Position numbers and translations under genes: made by a program
The notes under the pieces: generated by a model
The model's database searches: none
Told to the model about the DNA's origin: nothing
Seen by the model: only the letters and a program-made list of their open reading frames with translations
NCBI GenBank assembly: GCA_038887515.1
Contig: JAWAKK010000004.1
Coordinates: 1-23,244, forward strand
Reading direction: 5' to 3'
Source of the DNA: Candidatus Nezhaarchaeales archaeon
GTDB taxonomy: Archaea; Thermoproteota; Methanomethylicia; Nezhaarchaeales; WYZ-LMO8
Length of the DNA: 23,244 nucleotides
In this document: piece by piece, positions 13,889-22,732 of the stretch
How the letters are laid out: the number at the start of each line of letters is the position of its first letter
Position numbering within the stretch: position 1 is the stretch's first letter

Positions 13889-15193
13889 ATGTCAGTAGAA
13901 AAACCGCACCTAAACTTAGTAGTTATAGGGCACGTGGACCATGGAAAGTCTACTCTGGTAGGACACTTACTGTATCTACTAGGACAAGTGGATGAAAGGA
14001 AGCTGAAAGAGATAGAGGAAGAAGCTAAGAAGATGGGGAAGGAGAGCTTCAAGTTTGCGTGGATACTAGACACGTACAAGGAAGAAAGAGAAAGGGGTGT
14101 TACCATAGACCTGTCGTTCTACAAGTTCGAGACTAAGAAATACTTCTTTACGCTAATAGACTGTCCAGGTCACAGAGACTTCATTAAAAACATGGTTACT
14201 GGAACTTCGCAAGCTGACTGCGCGTTGCTGGTAGTTTCAGCGAAGAAGGGTGAGACCGAGGCCGGCATGAGCGCGGCGGGTCAAACGAGAGAGCACGCTT
14301 TCTTAGCCAAGACCATGGGAGTAAATCAGATAGTCGTAGCAATAAACAAGATGGACGACCCTACGGTCAACTGGAGCCAAGAAAGGTACAATGAAGTTAA
14401 AGATGCGGTCTTCAAAATGCTGAAGGCCTTCGGCTACGATATTAGCAAGATCCATGCAATACCACTATCAGCTTGGACCGGCGATAACCTCATAGAAAAG
14501 AGCAAGAACATGCCGTGGTACAAAGGGCCTACGCTTATTGAAGCTCTTGACGAGTTTACACCGCCGCCCAAACCTATAGACAAGCCTCTAAGGATTCCGA
14601 TACAAGACGTTTATTCAATAACCGGTGTAGGCACGGTCCCTGTTGGAAGAGTTGAGACAGGGGTACTAAAGGTTGGAGACGTAGTGGTATTCATGCCAGC
14701 CAACAAAAGTGGCGAGGTAAGATCCATAGAAACCCACCACATGAGGATAGAGAAGGCCCTCCCAGGCGATAATATAGGCTTTAACGTTAGGGGCGTATCT
14801 AAAGCTGACATTAAGCGAGGAGACGTATGCGGCCATTCCAATAATCCACCGACGGTCGCCGAAAGCTTCGTTGGAAGGATATTCGTTCTCTTCCATCCAA
14901 CCGCCATAGCCAAGGGATATACCCCAGTAGTCCACGCACATACTGCTAGCATCGCATGCAGATTCGATGAACTGTTACAGAAAATAGATCCCAGAACAGG
15001 TGCAGTCGTCGAAGAAAAGCCTCAATTCATAAAGCAAGGTGATGCGGCACTAGTAAGGCTGAAGCCTATAAAGCCACTATGCATTGAAAAGTACTCAGAA
15101 ATCCCCCAGCTAGGGAGGTTCGCCATCAGGGACATGGGAAGAACTATAGCGGCAGGAATAGTGGTTGACGTGACGCCAGCTAAACTTTCATAA
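13889..15193 (+). CDS. tuf: Translation elongation factor 1-alpha
   Basis: [29 protein letters not shown], and [12 protein letters not shown]. Confidence 0.99.
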   Translation: MSVEKPHLNLVVIGHVDHGKSTLVGHLLYLLGQVDERKLKEIEEEAKKMGKESFKFAWILDTYKEERERGVTIDLSFYKFETKKYFFTLIDCPGHRDFIKNMVTGTSQADCALLVVSAKKGETEAGMSAAGQTREHAFLAKTMGVNQIVVAINKMDDPTVNWSQERYNEVKDAVFKMLKAFGYDISKIHAIPLSAWTGDNLIEKSKNMPWYKGPTLIEALDEFTPPPKPIDKPLRIPIQDVYSITGVGTVPVGRVETGVLKVGDVVVFMPANKSGEVRSIETHHMRIEKALPGDNIGFNVRGVSKADIKRGDVCGHSNNPPTVAESFVGRIFVLFHPTAIAKGYTPVVHAHTASIACRFDELLQKIDPRTGAVVEEKPQFIKQGDAALVRLKPIKPLCIEKYSEIPQLGRFAIRDMGRTIAAGIVVDVTPAKLS

Positions 15194-15223
15194 ATCTAAT
15201 TTTTATTTTTGGGGGTCTATGTT

Positions 15224-15532
15224 ATGGTCAGGAAGGCGAGGATTAGGCTTTCAAGTCCAAGCCTTGAAGACTTACAGCTCGTCTGCGAAGAAATAAAGTC
15301 AATATCGCAAAAGACCGGGGTTAGAATGAGGGGGCCTGTGCCTTTACCCACGAAGAGGTTGGTCGTAACTACTCGGAAAGCTCCTTCGGGGCAGGGCTCC
15401 CATACATTCGATCACTGGGAGATGAGAATTTATAAAAGGTTGATTGACTTAGATGCCGAGGACAGAGCATTGAAGTCGCTCATGAGGGTCAGGATACCAG
15501 ACACGGTTAATATCGAGATAGAGTTGATATGA
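15224..15532 (+). CDS. rps10: Ribosomal protein S10 (uS10)
   Basis: [40 protein letters not shown] 15224 follows GGGGGT. Confidence 0.97.
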   Translation: MVRKARIRLSSPSLEDLQLVCEEIKSISQKTGVRMRGPVPLPTKRLVVTTRKAPSGQGSHTFDHWEMRIYKRLIDLDAEDRALKSLMRVRIPDTVNIEIELI

Positions 15533-15911
15533 ACTGCTGGTAAATCTCGAAATCTTTGAGGCTTCTTAATTGATCTTCGTCTAGAGGTTTAACGATGGCT
15601 ATCCACCCCTCTCCATAAGGTTCTTTATTTATCAAGGTAGGCTCTATTTCGAGTCTCGCATTCACTTTTATAACTTCGCAGTTTATTGGTGATAAAACTG
15701 CGACGAACATTTTTACGGATTCTAACAACGCTAGTGGAGAGCCCTTCTCTATTAAACCTTCATTTAAGAATAGGACTCTAATTACATTTCCCAATTGTTT
15801 TTGCATGAAGTCTGTTATCCCGAGCACTATTGTGTGATTCTGGACGCGAACCCAGACATGGTTTTCAGAATATAAGAGGTTTGGCTGTTCGCCTTCTCTC
15901 AGAGACTTCAT
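15507..15911 (-). CDS. gcvH: Glycine cleavage H-protein-like lipoyl carrier
   Basis: [19 protein letters not shown], lipoyl-lysine motif [20 protein letters not shown] upstream. Confidence 0.85.
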   Translation of the reverse strand: MKSLREGEQPNLLYSENHVWVRVQNHTIVLGITDFMQKQLGNVIRVLFLNEGLIEKGSPLALLESVKMFVAVLSPINCEVIKVNARLEIEPTLINKEPYGEGWIAIVKPLDEDQLRSLKDFEIYQQFISTLSRY

Positions 15912-15928
15912 TGTAAGTTCCTCCTAAA

Positions 15929-16099
15929 CTACTTGTCTTTGGGTTCTCGTACATTTATTGAAACGGGATTTACGTTTAGCATGGAGAAACACTTGGGACA
16001 CTTACCGTTGAACTTCTTGACTACATCTCTGGGCGGGGTAAGATCTTTACCTTTGTAAAGAATGTACCCGCATTTTGCGCATTTAATTACCTGAGGCAT
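15929..16099 (-). CDS. Small Zn-ribbon protein (56 aa)
   Basis: CAKC...CPKC pair. GGTG SD before ATG 16099. Co-oriented between radA and gcvH. Confidence 0.75.
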   Translation of the reverse strand: MPQVIKCAKCGYILYKGKDLTPPRDVVKKFNGKCPKCFSMLNVNPVSINVREPKDK

Positions 16100-16172
16100 G
16101 ACACGCACCACATCTTCAATCTAGTCCTCAGGCATAAGCTTTTCACATAGACGTTATGAACCCCCTAAGGCG

Positions 16173-17141
16173 TCATTCACTATCCGCTGGATCTTTAACT
16201 CCGTCTTCTGTTATCTCAAAGACAGCCTCGCCCTCTGGAAGGTAGGGCGAGTCTATTAACTTTGCGAGCCTCTTTGGTCCTCGTAGCTTCCTCAAGAACA
16301 CTCTAGCGCCGGGTACGTGAAAGAGGACGTGGCCGCCGACGGCTACGGTTGGATCGCCAAATACCACATCCGGTCGAGCCATTACTTGATTAGTCACTAC
16401 AACTGCTATTTCAAAGTTTTGAGCAAGCCGTGTGAGGGTATGCAAGTGTTTATTTAACTTTTGTTGACGCATGACCAAGGTCTCTCTCCCAGGATACTCA
16501 GCCCTGAAGAATCCTGTTACGCTGTCGACTACAAGTAGCTTCACGTTTTTCTCGCTTACAATATCCCTAACTTGCTCAACGATGAGCATTTGATGGTCCG
16601 AGTTATAGGCTCTGGCTACTATTACATTTTTAAGGGTCTTAGAAGGGTCCAGCCCTAGTGCTCGACTCATCGACACTATCCTCTCAGGCCTAAAGGTACC
16701 CTCACAATCAACGTATACAGCTGAACCCTCAAGTCCCCCCTTCTCCTTCGGAAGCTGGACGTTGACGCATAATTGATGACATATCTGTGTTTTACCCGAT
16801 CCAAATTCGCCGTAGAACTCGGTAATTATCTGAGTTTCGACCCCTCCGCCTAACAATCTGTCTAGGTTCCTGCTCCCCGTTGTTATTCTCGCCACCCTCA
16901 TCCGCTTTTCGTACAGTTCGTCTGCAGTCATAAACCCCAGCTCTAATGCCTCGCGAGCTGCGCTTATCATCTTCTGGCTTATTGATAGGGGGAGACCTGT
17001 AACAGAAGCTACTTCTTGAGGTAAAGCTGCGGCGAGAGCCTCTATAGTGTTAAATCCTGCTTCCGCTAGCTTATCAGCTATAGCTGGGTTTATTCCTGGA
17101 AGCTCCGTTAACTCTTTAGGTCTCTTGGTCTTACTAGTCAT
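16173..17141 (-). CDS. radA: DNA repair and recombination protein RadA
   Basis: N-terminal HhH domain, polymerisation motif F.TA, Walker [37 protein letters not shown]. No intein. Confidence 0.98.
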   Translation of the reverse strand: MTSKTKRPKELTELPGINPAIADKLAEAGFNTIEALAAALPQEVASVTGLPLSISQKMISAAREALELGFMTADELYEKRMRVARITTGSRNLDRLLGGGVETQIITEFYGEFGSGKTQICHQLCVNVQLPKEKGGLEGSAVYVDCEGTFRPERIVSMSRALGLDPSKTLKNVIVARAYNSDHQMLIVEQVRDIVSEKNVKLLVVDSVTGFFRAEYPGRETLVMRQQKLNKHLHTLTRLAQNFEIAVVVTNQVMARPDVVFGDPTVAVGGHVLFHVPGARVFLRKLRGPKRLAKLIDSPYLPEGEAVFEITEDGVKDPADSE

Positions 17142-17186
17142 TCCTTATCACGCTAATTAGTTTCCCCCATCTTACTTAGTAAAGGC

Positions 17187-17209
17187 TCAAACTTAAATAA
17201 AGAGTTTGA
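17187..17209. promoter_or_regulatory. Putative bidirectional promoter core between radA and the OSTC-like gene
   Basis: TCAAACT-TAAATAAAG-AGTTTGA: a 7-bp inverted repeat around an AT-rich TATA-like core. Confidence 0.5.
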
Positions 17210-17222
17210 TATAAGAGTCTAA

Positions 17223-17642
17223 GTGGCGGTGAGAAGCATTAAAGTGATAGATGGACTTCGGACGATATTGAAGGCCGTGGAGAACTTCTTAGAGGACCCG
17301 CCCAAGCGAGCCATTGGGTTGCTTGTCGTGATTTTTACGTGCTTCCTGTTATCCGGAGGCCTCTTCTCCTTACTAGAAGGTGCTCCAATTATGATTTCGA
17401 TTGGAGGAAGTGCGAAACCGTACTATCCGAGCTTAGATTACCAACTTGGAGCCGAGACTTTCGCGGTCTTCCTGCTGCTGATCATAGGAGTAGCTGGTAT
17501 TATCCTAGTACATCAAGGCGCAGAAAGGTTCCCATTCAGAGGTAGGGAGCCATTCTTGATGGCTTTAGGCTTAATTCTAATAGTTGCCAGCATGCTACTC
17601 TTAGCTTGGATAATGTATCTTAAACTTCTTTTCTACGTATAA
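17223..17642 (+). CDS. 3-TM membrane protein, OST3/OST6 family (OSTC/DC2-like oligosaccharyltransferase subunit)
   Basis: Three hydrophobic segments with FLLSGGLFSLLEGAP, YQLGAETF...IGVAGIIL and a C-terminal MYLKL..Y. These mirror the DC2 motifs as I recall them (FLITGG..Y...EPP, QY..EG....GG.G.I.L, MRMKLPGY). Confidence 0.7.
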   Translation: MAVRSIKVIDGLRTILKAVENFLEDPPKRAIGLLVVIFTCFLLSGGLFSLLEGAPIMISIGGSAKPYYPSLDYQLGAETFAVFLLLIIGVAGIILVHQGAERFPFRGREPFLMALGLILIVASMLLLAWIMYLKLLFYV

Positions 17643-17655
17643 CGTGAAGCTAATA

Positions 17656-18162
17656 TCAAAACGGCTTACGCTTAATTTTAAGCAAATAAGCTACGTAGTT
17701 GCCTGTAAGGTGCAGTAGAGGTGTGACAATAAGTATTACCGCCAACTCTTCGAGAGTTGCAGTATACCCTGCGAAGGAACTGAAAAGAAGTGCCATTAAA
17801 ACGAAGAGGTATTGGTCTAGTATAGGTGCTGACTCCCCCTGAGCTATGTTAAGCCTACGCTTAACGAAAGAGCCTAGAACATCGCCGGCCATGGCTCCAA
17901 GCCCCATCAAGAACCCTCTAAATGGACTACCTAAAGCTACTCCAACTATTATCCCCGCTATAACACCGGATGCAAACCCCTCTACAGATTTATTATCCCC
18001 AAGAACCCTCTTACCGTCAATCCAATACTTACCCATGTCTATGGGCCTCCTATTTCGAATTACATTAGCCACAATAAGGGGAGTCATATTGGCAATGTAA
18101 GCCGGCAATATGAATAGTAGGGCTTTTATTACCACTTCAATTCCATAAGCTAATAAGTTCAT
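17656..18162 (-). CDS. carS: CDP-archaeol synthase
   Basis: PAYIAN, PIDMGK..DGKRVLGDNKSVEG, GAMAGDVLGSFVKRRL, PILDQ, N..AYLLKIK..P. Confidence 0.95.
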   Translation of the reverse strand: MNLLAYGIEVVIKALLFILPAYIANMTPLIVANVIRNRRPIDMGKYWIDGKRVLGDNKSVEGFASGVIAGIIVGVALGSPFRGFLMGLGAMAGDVLGSFVKRRLNIAQGESAPILDQYLFVLMALLFSSFAGYTATLEELAVILIVTPLLHLTGNYVAYLLKIKRKPF

Positions 18163-18864
18163 TCAATCGACCTCTTCTATAAAGCCATTTATTATGTGAG
18201 CCTTACACTCCTCGAACTTCTTAGAATTATGCGCTTTTGAGATGGCTATTTTCCTATGAAAAGGAACATCCGACTTTAGGATTGAGATTATGTTATCAGA
18301 CCAGTAAGTTAAAATGTTTGACGCCACAGGCTCATCGATAAGTCCCTCACTCATTGAAAGACCCTTTAAGCGACTCGTCAAAATTACTCGTTTCTCTGAC
18401 GTTATAACGTAATTTTTTAGTATTGCGGTTAACTGGTTCAACGTTTTGTTGTGTAAAATTATTTCACGCTTATTTTCTACTCGTAAGGATCTGTAAGGTG
18501 CAGTAAAAGTATCAATTATCACTACATCGTGGTCTTGATGTCGAAGCTCTAACTCTCTTACAAGCTTAACGAGACTACTAAAAACAGTTAAGTGTCGTAC
18601 GTGAAAATTCAAAGAGAGAAGATGAATAAGCACATTCCTTCTCTTAGCCAACGTCTCAATGCGAGGATAGGGGAAAAGCCCGTCGGTGTACACGTAAAGC
18701 ACTTTAAGTCCTTGAAGGCAACTTTCTAAAGCTAGTTGCATGGCCAATGTCGTCTTGCCAGAGCCAGGCTCTCCACATATTAGCGTTATTTCTCCTTCGT
18801 CTATTCCGCCGCTGAGTGCTTCATCGACGTTTGATAAATTAAACTTAAGCTTTATGAAGGCCAC
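18163..18864 (-). CDS. radB: RecA-superfamily ATPase, RadB-like RadA paralog (no N-terminal domain)
   Basis: DEALSGGI, Walker A GEPGSGKTT, YVYTDG.F...R, Walker B VVIIDT...YR, P....LTYWS, C-terminal I..GFIEEV. Confidence 0.65.
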   Translation of the reverse strand: MAFIKLKFNLSNVDEALSGGIDEGEITLICGEPGSGKTTLAMQLALESCLQGLKVLYVYTDGLFPYPRIETLAKRRNVLIHLLSLNFHVRHLTVFSSLVKLVRELELRHQDHDVVIIDTFTAPYRSLRVENKREIILHNKTLNQLTAILKNYVITSEKRVILTSRLKGLSMSEGLIDEPVASNILTYWSDNIISILKSDVPFHRKIAISKAHNSKKFEECKAHIINGFIEEVD

Positions 18865-18950
18865 CTCTAGACGTAGTATACGTCGAAATAAAGCTTACAA
18901 ACAGATCCTCCTAAAGTCTATGGTAAAAGCTTAGCGGGGCACTGACCGCC

Positions 18951-20243
18951 ATGAAAAGAATTAAAGAAAAACGGGGTGCTATGCTTAAAATTGAAGGTCC
19001 TGCAAGTCTACAAGTTTTAGAGGGCGCCATTTCAGTTTTAGGCTCCATACTTAAGCCTAAAGAACGGGTAGTAGTACCGAAGTATAAATCACTCGTCGTA
19101 GAAGTTATTGAGGATTCTACAGTAGAGCTTAGATTAGGCGGTGAAGCTAAAGTGGAAAAGTTATCGGAAACAGTCATTCCATCGGAGTGGCAAACTTATT
19201 CCGAAGTCGTGGTATCTCAAAGTGCTAAGCCTATTAGCTGCATGGTTCTAGGCGACGTCGATAGCGGCAAGACAGTTTTCTGTACGTACTTGGCTAACTA
19301 TGCCATCAATAGGGGGCTTAAAGTCGGAATTATAGATAAAGATCCTGGTCAGACTGAAATTTCCGTACCGACAACAATAGGCTTGGGAATAGCGGAAAAA
19401 CCATTGTACTCCCTTGAGCAGCTCGAAGCCGTATCGGTCAAGTTTATAGGCTCCGTTTCCCCGGCCAACGTTGTACAGCGTATCGTGGTGGCAACAAAAC
19501 AACTTTACGACGAGGCTGTAAGGAGAGGTTGCGAGCTCATAATAATTAATACCAGTGGCTGGGTTAATGGCCGGGGCGCGCGTGAACTAAAGTATAGCGT
19601 TATAAGTAGCATACATCCCAACTATTTGATATTAATAGAGAGGACCAACGAGGTGGAGCATCTAGTAAAACCATTCGAAAAAAGCGACATTAATATAATA
19701 AGGGTACATCCTTCGTCGGCTATAAAGCCCAAAACTAAAGAGGAGAGAAGGGCAAGACGCGAATCTATCTATAGAAGCTATTTTGCTAATGCTAAGGTTA
19801 GGAAGGTAAGCTTAAGCGGAACGAAATTAATGTACACGCTATTCACTACTGGAATCGTGTTAAACAACGAGAGCTTATCTAGGTATAGTAAGGAGAGCGG
19901 ACTTGACCTCGTGTACGGTGAGGAGAGCAAGGATACCTTGTTCCTAGTGAATAGAGATCCTCTTCAGAGCAAAGCTAAGGTCGAAGAGGAGATGGCGAAG
20001 GTCTATGGAAAAGAGGAGGTCGTGGTAACGTGGACCGGCGAAGAGAAGGGGCTTATAGTTGGACTCTTAGGCTCCGACCTATCGTTTTTAGGGTTGGGTC
20101 TCATACGCGAAATAGATTACCTAAAGAGGAGCGTAGAACTTCTTACGCCTGTTGAGCAAACAATAAGTACAATCCAAGTGGGCCTAATCAAGCTTGACGA
20201 CGATTTTAGAGAAGTCGCAAAATATGAACGAACACCTTTATAA
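18951..20243 (+). CDS. Clp1/Nol9(Grc3)-family polynucleotide 5'-hydroxyl kinase
   Basis: N-terminal IEGPASL.V.EG.I.VLG domain, Walker A GDVDSGKT, D.DPGQ, INTSGWV, lid ERRARRE..YRSYF, C-terminal GLIVGL...FLGLG. Confidence 0.92.
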   Translation: MKRIKEKRGAMLKIEGPASLQVLEGAISVLGSILKPKERVVVPKYKSLVVEVIEDSTVELRLGGEAKVEKLSETVIPSEWQTYSEVVVSQSAKPISCMVLGDVDSGKTVFCTYLANYAINRGLKVGIIDKDPGQTEISVPTTIGLGIAEKPLYSLEQLEAVSVKFIGSVSPANVVQRIVVATKQLYDEAVRRGCELIIINTSGWVNGRGARELKYSVISSIHPNYLILIERTNEVEHLVKPFEKSDINIIRVHPSSAIKPKTKEERRARRESIYRSYFANAKVRKVSLSGTKLMYTLFTTGIVLNNESLSRYSKESGLDLVYGEESKDTLFLVNRDPLQSKAKVEEEMAKVYGKEEVVVTWTGEEKGLIVGLLGSDLSFLGLGLIREIDYLKRSVELLTPVEQTISTIQVGLIKLDDDFREVAKYERTPL

Positions 20244-20276
20244 AAGAGCCTTCTTCCTCAGTATTGGGTTCAAGAG

Positions 20277-21194
20277 ATGGATGGCGGCCTTGTTATAACG
20301 GTCGTTGGATACGATAAACCAGGAATAGTTGCAGGGATAACCACTACGATAGCAAATATGAATGGCAATATAACGTCCATTAAGGCCTCGAAGTTATCTG
20401 ATCTCTTTATAATGAGTTTGGCAGTAGATATTAGAAAGATAAACTGTAGCGAAGAAGAATTTGTTAAGAATTTAAAAAATAAAGCCCTACAACTTGGCGT
20501 CGGCATAGCGATAGAGAACGAAGAAAATAGGTTTAGAGCTAAAAAGCTCATAGCGTTCGACATGGACGGTACGATTTTAGAAGTAGAGGCCATAGACGAA
20601 ATAGCTAGGTACCTAGGGATTCAGGATAAGGTCGCTGAACTGACGAGAAGAGCCATGGAGGGAGAGATAGACTTCAGCTATGCATTGAAGGAACGCGTAA
20701 AAATGTTAAAAGGACTCCCGGTTAAAGTCGTTGAAGAAATAGCTGATAAGCTGCCAATATCAAGAGGGGCTGAAGAAGTCGTTAAGACCCTTAAGAACAT
20801 GGGTTTCATAACAGTGCTAATAACTGGTGGGTTCGACATAGTTGCAAAGAAGATCGCTGAGCGGCTGGGCTTTGACTACTGGTTTGCAAATAAGTTAGGG
20901 GTGAATGACGGCGTATTGAACGGTGAGGTCGAGATAGTGGTTTCTGGTGGAGAATCGAAGCTCAAGCTTTTAAAAAGTGTTGCCGAGGCCCACGGAATAG
21001 ATCTAGAAGAATGTATAGCTGTTGGCGATGGAGCTAACGATTTAATAGTCCTCGAGAATGTAGGACTAGGAATAGGCTTTAGACCTAAATCCATAGTCGA
21101 GCAAAGGGTTAAAGCGTTAGTCAATATAAACGACATGAGGACCATACTAGCTTTAATAGCTAGCGGCCGACTCGAAAGGGGTGAAAAGACTTGA
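20277..21194 (+). CDS. serB: Phosphoserine phosphatase with N-terminal ACT domain
   Basis: ACT signature ITVVGYDKPGIVAGI, HAD motif FDMDGT, E.IDE, T.RAMEGEIDF..ALKERV, ITGGF, GDGANDL. Confidence 0.93.
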   Translation: MDGGLVITVVGYDKPGIVAGITTTIANMNGNITSIKASKLSDLFIMSLAVDIRKINCSEEEFVKNLKNKALQLGVGIAIENEENRFRAKKLIAFDMDGTILEVEAIDEIARYLGIQDKVAELTRRAMEGEIDFSYALKERVKMLKGLPVKVVEEIADKLPISRGAEEVVKTLKNMGFITVLITGGFDIVAKKIAERLGFDYWFANKLGVNDGVLNGEVEIVVSGGESKLKLLKSVAEAHGIDLEECIAVGDGANDLIVLENVGLGIGFRPKSIVEQRVKALVNINDMRTILALIASGRLERGEKT

Positions 21195-22732
21195 AGAAGA
21201 CGGAATTACCGAAGGCAATGGCTACGCAACACCCCGACTCGGCTTCAAGGGCCTTTACATCACAAGAAGAAGTTGATGAAGCGCTACGTGACTTCTCGCC
21301 GGCTGAAATGGGAGGATTCGAATGCGATGAAAAGATGGTAGACTTTGAGGGGAAGCTAACAGCTTATGGACAGATGAAGTGGATAGTAGAAAAAGTTACT
21401 TCTGCGTTGAACCTAGTTCCTGGCGAAGACTTTCTAATAACGCCAAGGATACCCTCTGAAAAACTTGAAGATGCAGAAAGACAGATAATGGTCATATGGG
21501 CAGCTGTGGCTGCAAACAAGTTTTCTTATGAAGTTGCTGCAAGACAGTCGATTAAGTACCTCGTAGCACCAATGGTTGAGAGCTCTCGAGAGCTCCTGGT
21601 TTCACATAGAAGGATACACAAGCTCGTAAGGTTGGGGCAGGAAGAGCTCGGGTTACCATCAACATGTACCATGAGACTTATACCCTTATTTGAAGATGTC
21701 GTTAAGCTACTCCACTGCGATGAAATTGTCGATGGCTATAGAAGGCTCCTTCTAAAAGAGCTTGGGGAATACGAAGATCACTTTAGAGTTTTCCTTGGTA
21801 AATCGGATGCAGCCATGACTTACGGTCATGTAGCCTCACTTCTAGCTATCAAGATAGCATTATCAAGACTTGAAAAGTGGAGGAGAGACGTTCACGTAGA
21901 GGTCCGTCCGATAATCGGTGTAGGCCTATTGCCTTTTAGAGGCCACTTAGCTCCATGGAATGTACAGAACTTTATAGAAGAGTACAAAGGTTACTATACT
22001 GTGACCATTCAAACAGGCTTAAGATACGACATACCTCATGAAGAGAGCATAAAAGTTATACGATGCGTGAAGAACGATGCTGGCCACGCCCCTGCAGTCT
22101 ATGATGCTGAAGAAGAGAGAATTCTCACGGACGTTATAAGAATATTCTCGCGAACTTACTTTGAAACCATGGTAGAAATGGCGACCATCATATGCCTGGT
22201 GGCAGACATAATACCTGAAAGGAGGGATAGGATGTCGAGAGAAAGCTATCCTCGATCTATGATAGGGCCTCTAAAGTTGATCGCCGATAAGGTCTTATAC
22301 GAAAAATTGCCGAGTGGTGAGGTCAAACTACCAAGAGCAATAAAGTTTACTGCTGCATGTTACATTCTCGGCGTACCGCCAGCGATAATAGGTATTGGAA
22401 GGGCACTAAAAATCTTGAGGGTGGAGAAGGGAGAAGGGCTTGTCGAGGATTTAATTAAGAAGTATATAAAGGGATTAAGGAGCGATATGGCGTTCGAGTT
22501 CAATTTCTTGAACCTAGAGGTTGCAAAGGAAAGATTAAACCCGGCAACATACACCAAGATAGTAGAAGACGTAGATGAGGTCTCCAGGTACTTCAACTTA
22601 GACAAAGAAGACATCGATGAAAAGGGCCAGCAGCACTCTCAATTAATTAAGATGTTCTGGGAAAGAATGGGTAAACAAGAGGCCGCAGAATACGCCTTAA
22701 AGGCTGGAGTCATCAGGGGTTCTCTAGGTTAA
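21191..22732 (+). CDS. ppcA: Archaeal-type phosphoenolpyruvate carboxylase
   Basis: MATQHPD, D.EGK, IPLFED, RVFLGKSD, PFRGHL, TIQT.LRYD, LPRAIKFTAA.Y..GVPP, terminal RGSLG. TTGA overlap with serB and SD GGTGA. Confidence 0.94.
   Translation: MKKTELPKAMATQHPDSASRAFTSQEEVDEALRDFSPAEMGGFECDEKMVDFEGKLTAYGQMKWIVEKVTSALNLVPGEDFLITPRIPSEKLEDAERQIMVIWAAVAANKFSYEVAARQSIKYLVAPMVESSRELLVSHRRIHKLVRLGQEELGLPSTCTMRLIPLFEDVVKLLHCDEIVDGYRRLLLKELGEYEDHFRVFLGKSDAAMTYGHVASLLAIKIALSRLEKWRRDVHVEVRPIIGVGLLPFRGHLAPWNVQNFIEEYKGYYTVTIQTGLRYDIPHEESIKVIRCVKNDAGHAPAVYDAEEERILTDVIRIFSRTYFETMVEMATIICLVADIIPERRDRMSRESYPRSMIGPLKLIADKVLYEKLPSGEVKLPRAIKFTAACYILGVPPAIIGIGRALKILRVEKGEGLVEDLIKKYIKGLRSDMAFEFNFLNLEVAKERLNPATYTKIVEDVDEVSRYFNLDKEDIDEKGQQHSQLIKMFWERMGKQEAAEYALKAGVIRGSLG

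Noticed and set aside
18853-18867. Non-canonical ATA start for the radB-like gene behind GAGGTG
   Set aside because: A TATA-like element about 25 nt upstream makes a leaderless GTG start at 18864 equally plausible, so the claim is unsupported.
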